A stretch of 32,000 nt of DNA from Raphidiopsis brookii D9 (lineage in GTDB: Bacteria; Cyanobacteriota; Cyanobacteriia; Cyanobacteriales; Nostocaceae): the NCBI GenBank assembly GCA_000175855.1, contig ACYB01000035.1, forward strand, positions 1 to 32,000, given 5' to 3'. The notes under the pieces were generated by a model. That model was not told the DNA's origin. It made no database searches and saw nothing but the letters and a program-made list of their open reading frames with translations. Positions 30,670 to 32,000 of the stretch are shown in pieces. How positions within the stretch are numbered: the first letter of the stretch is position 1; every line of letters starts with the position of its first letter. The position numbers and the translations under genes are program-made.

Positions 30670-30772
30670 ATATGGGTGTATATCTTAAACCAAGAGGTAA
30701 TGACAATTCCAAAGCCTCTATATTTACGCGTCATGGGCAAAACAAATCTTGTACTAGTTATCAACTTTTATT

Positions 30773-31197
30773 ATGATCTCTAACCTGTTAAAATTTCCCT
30801 CTTACCAATTCTCACTGCTGTTAGTTTAATCTTTACTCTCGCACTAACTAGTAAAGCCAATGGTCAAAACCCAGCTATCACCAGCACCGAAATCACTAAC
30901 TATGCCCAAACAGTAATGATTATGGAACCTAAACGTCAGCAAGCTTTCAAGGAGATTAAAACCCTAATTAATACCAGATCCATTCCCATAATTATTTGTA
31001 ACGATGTAAACAGTATCAAATTACTACCGAGGGATGCCCAGAAAATAGCTATCAACTATTGTAATGAGTATGAAGAAACAGTATCTGAAAACAATCTTAC
31101 CGTTGACAGGTTTAATCAAATCACAGTAGAAGTTAATAATAATAGTGTTTTAAGAGAAAGAGTACAAAAATTAATGATGGAGAAAATGGGACTTTAA
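30773..31197 (+). CDS. Exported hypothetical protein, N-terminus apparently frameshifted
   Basis: ORF 30916..31197 is open upstream into a signal-like sequence (PVKISLLPILTAVSLIFTLALTSKANGQNPAITSTEITNYAQTV), but that frame has no start. An in-phase ATG (MISNLLK...) exists at 30773 in the adjacent frame. Confidence 0.5.
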
Positions 31198-31296
31198 TAG
31201 TGCTTTGAGAAAGATCACCAAAATTATAGAATATAATGGGTGGTGGGAGGAAAACCAAACTTCCACACGTAGTAGATCCACAATTATTGAAGAGCA

Positions 31297-31578
31297 GTGT
31301 CAGTCGAAACCATTGAAAAACCGTCCACAACCCGCAAGCTGGCGCCCCGTTATCGCGTCTTGCTGCATAATGACGACTATAATTCCATGGAGTACGTCGT
31401 TCAGGTACTTCTTTCCACCATACCCAGTCTCACCCAACCTCAAGCTGTTACCATTATGATGGAAGCTCACAGTAATGGGTTAGCTTTGGTTATAAGCTGC
31501 GCTTTAGAGCATGCTGAATTTTATTGTGAAAGTTTAAATAATCATGGTCTTACTAGCACCATTGAACCTGACGATTAG
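31297..31578 (+). CDS. clpS: ATP-dependent Clp protease adaptor ClpS
   Basis: RYRVLLHNDDYNSMEYVVQVLLSTIPSLTQPQAVTIMMEAHSNGLALV. Confidence 0.93.
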   Translation: MSVETIEKPSTTRKLAPRYRVLLHNDDYNSMEYVVQVLLSTIPSLTQPQAVTIMMEAHSNGLALVISCALEHAEFYCESLNNHGLTSTIEPDD

Positions 31579-31598
31579 TGATAAAAAATAATATTAAA

Positions 31599-32000
31599 AT
31601 GTTTAGACCTAGCCAAATAGCTTTGTGGATTTCCCAGAGACCTGCTCCGCAGAGGGTGGGCTGTTTTGTATTATGTTTGTTAGTATTATGGTTGCCTTTT
31701 GTCATACCAATATACTTATTGGTGGAAGATGGCAATTTAGAAAGCATTTTCAGCATGGTCTTGCTATATGGAGAGTTTATTGTCTTGGTTAGGTTATGGG
31801 GGAAAAAAATTTATCAAAGAGACAAAATACTAACTGACTATGGTTTAGAGCTGTCTAGCTTAAACGGTGTAGATTTCTGTCAGGGTTTAAGTATAGGAGT
31901 ATTAAGCATTATATTACTATTTAGCATACAAGGTTTATTAGGTTGGATCCTATGGCAACCGCCAAAAGCATTTATAGTTCAAATCATCTGGGAAGGTTTA
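31599..32000 (+). CDS. CPBP-family intramembrane protease-like membrane protein, 3'-truncated by window end
   Basis: ATG at 31599, frame open to base 32000 (134 codons): MFRPSQIALWISQRPAPQRVGCFVLCLLVLWLPFVIPIYLLVEDGNLESIFSMVLLYGEF...WGKKIYQRDKILTDYGLELSSLNGVDFCQGLSIGVLSILLLFSIQGLLGWILW. The catalytic motifs would lie past the window. Confidence 0.55.
   Translation, partial: MFRPSQIALWISQRPAPQRVGCFVLCLLVLWLPFVIPIYLLVEDGNLESIFSMVLLYGEFIVLVRLWGKKIYQRDKILTDYGLELSSLNGVDFCQGLSIGVLSIILLFSIQGLLGWILWQPPKAFIVQIIWEGL

Noticed and set aside
31205-31459. 84-aa plus-strand ORF overlapping clpS
   Set aside because: Out-of-frame overlap with well-conserved clpS, low-complexity content, no domain.
1-32000. 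CRISPR array, intact transposon, prophage, toxin-antitoxin or other defence module
   Set aside because: No regularly spaced direct repeats, no transposase/integrase/phage-like ORF, and no recognisable Cas or TA protein was seen in either strand's ORFs.

Overview
The window looks like a chromosomal segment of a filamentous, Nostocales-type cyanobacterium. The evidence is about 18 hand-counted HIP1 octamers (GCGATCGC) and protein families typical of that group. It is mostly conserved housekeeping genes. Recognised with confidence: a MidA-like SAM methyltransferase, a MoaD/ThiS-like protein, nagA, a large FAD-dependent oxidoreductase, a fatty acid hydroxylase/sterol desaturase-SDR fusion, ispG, rsmG, an ABC ATPase, a TPR protein, a DUF3531-like protein, a NUDIX hydrolase, secA, rpmB, era, a Zn-dependent alcohol dehydrogenase, a class V aminotransferase, trpC, lpdA, an alpha/beta hydrolase, uvrC, a SpoIIM-like protein, an RDD protein, a DUF1868-like protein, holA, clpS and a 3'-truncated CPBP-like membrane protein. 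I found no CRISPR array, rRNA, tRNA, intact transposase or recognisable defence system. The most interesting non-housekeeping locus is 7.27-8.33 kb. It contains an imperfect inverted repeat around a perfect 16-nt palindrome, a strong sigma70-like promoter, an 11-bp perfect 5'-UTR hairpin, an 83-aa small protein, a second perfect hairpin, and a radical-SAM protein cut to 90 aa just upstream of ispG. Four genes (UPF0104/LPG synthase-like, ispG, Zn-ADH and a secreted hypothetical) carry apparent frameshifts. Three of them look like a missing base in or near short homopolymers, which suggests either base-calling errors or gene decay. Several very small ORFs absent from the supplied track are also described.
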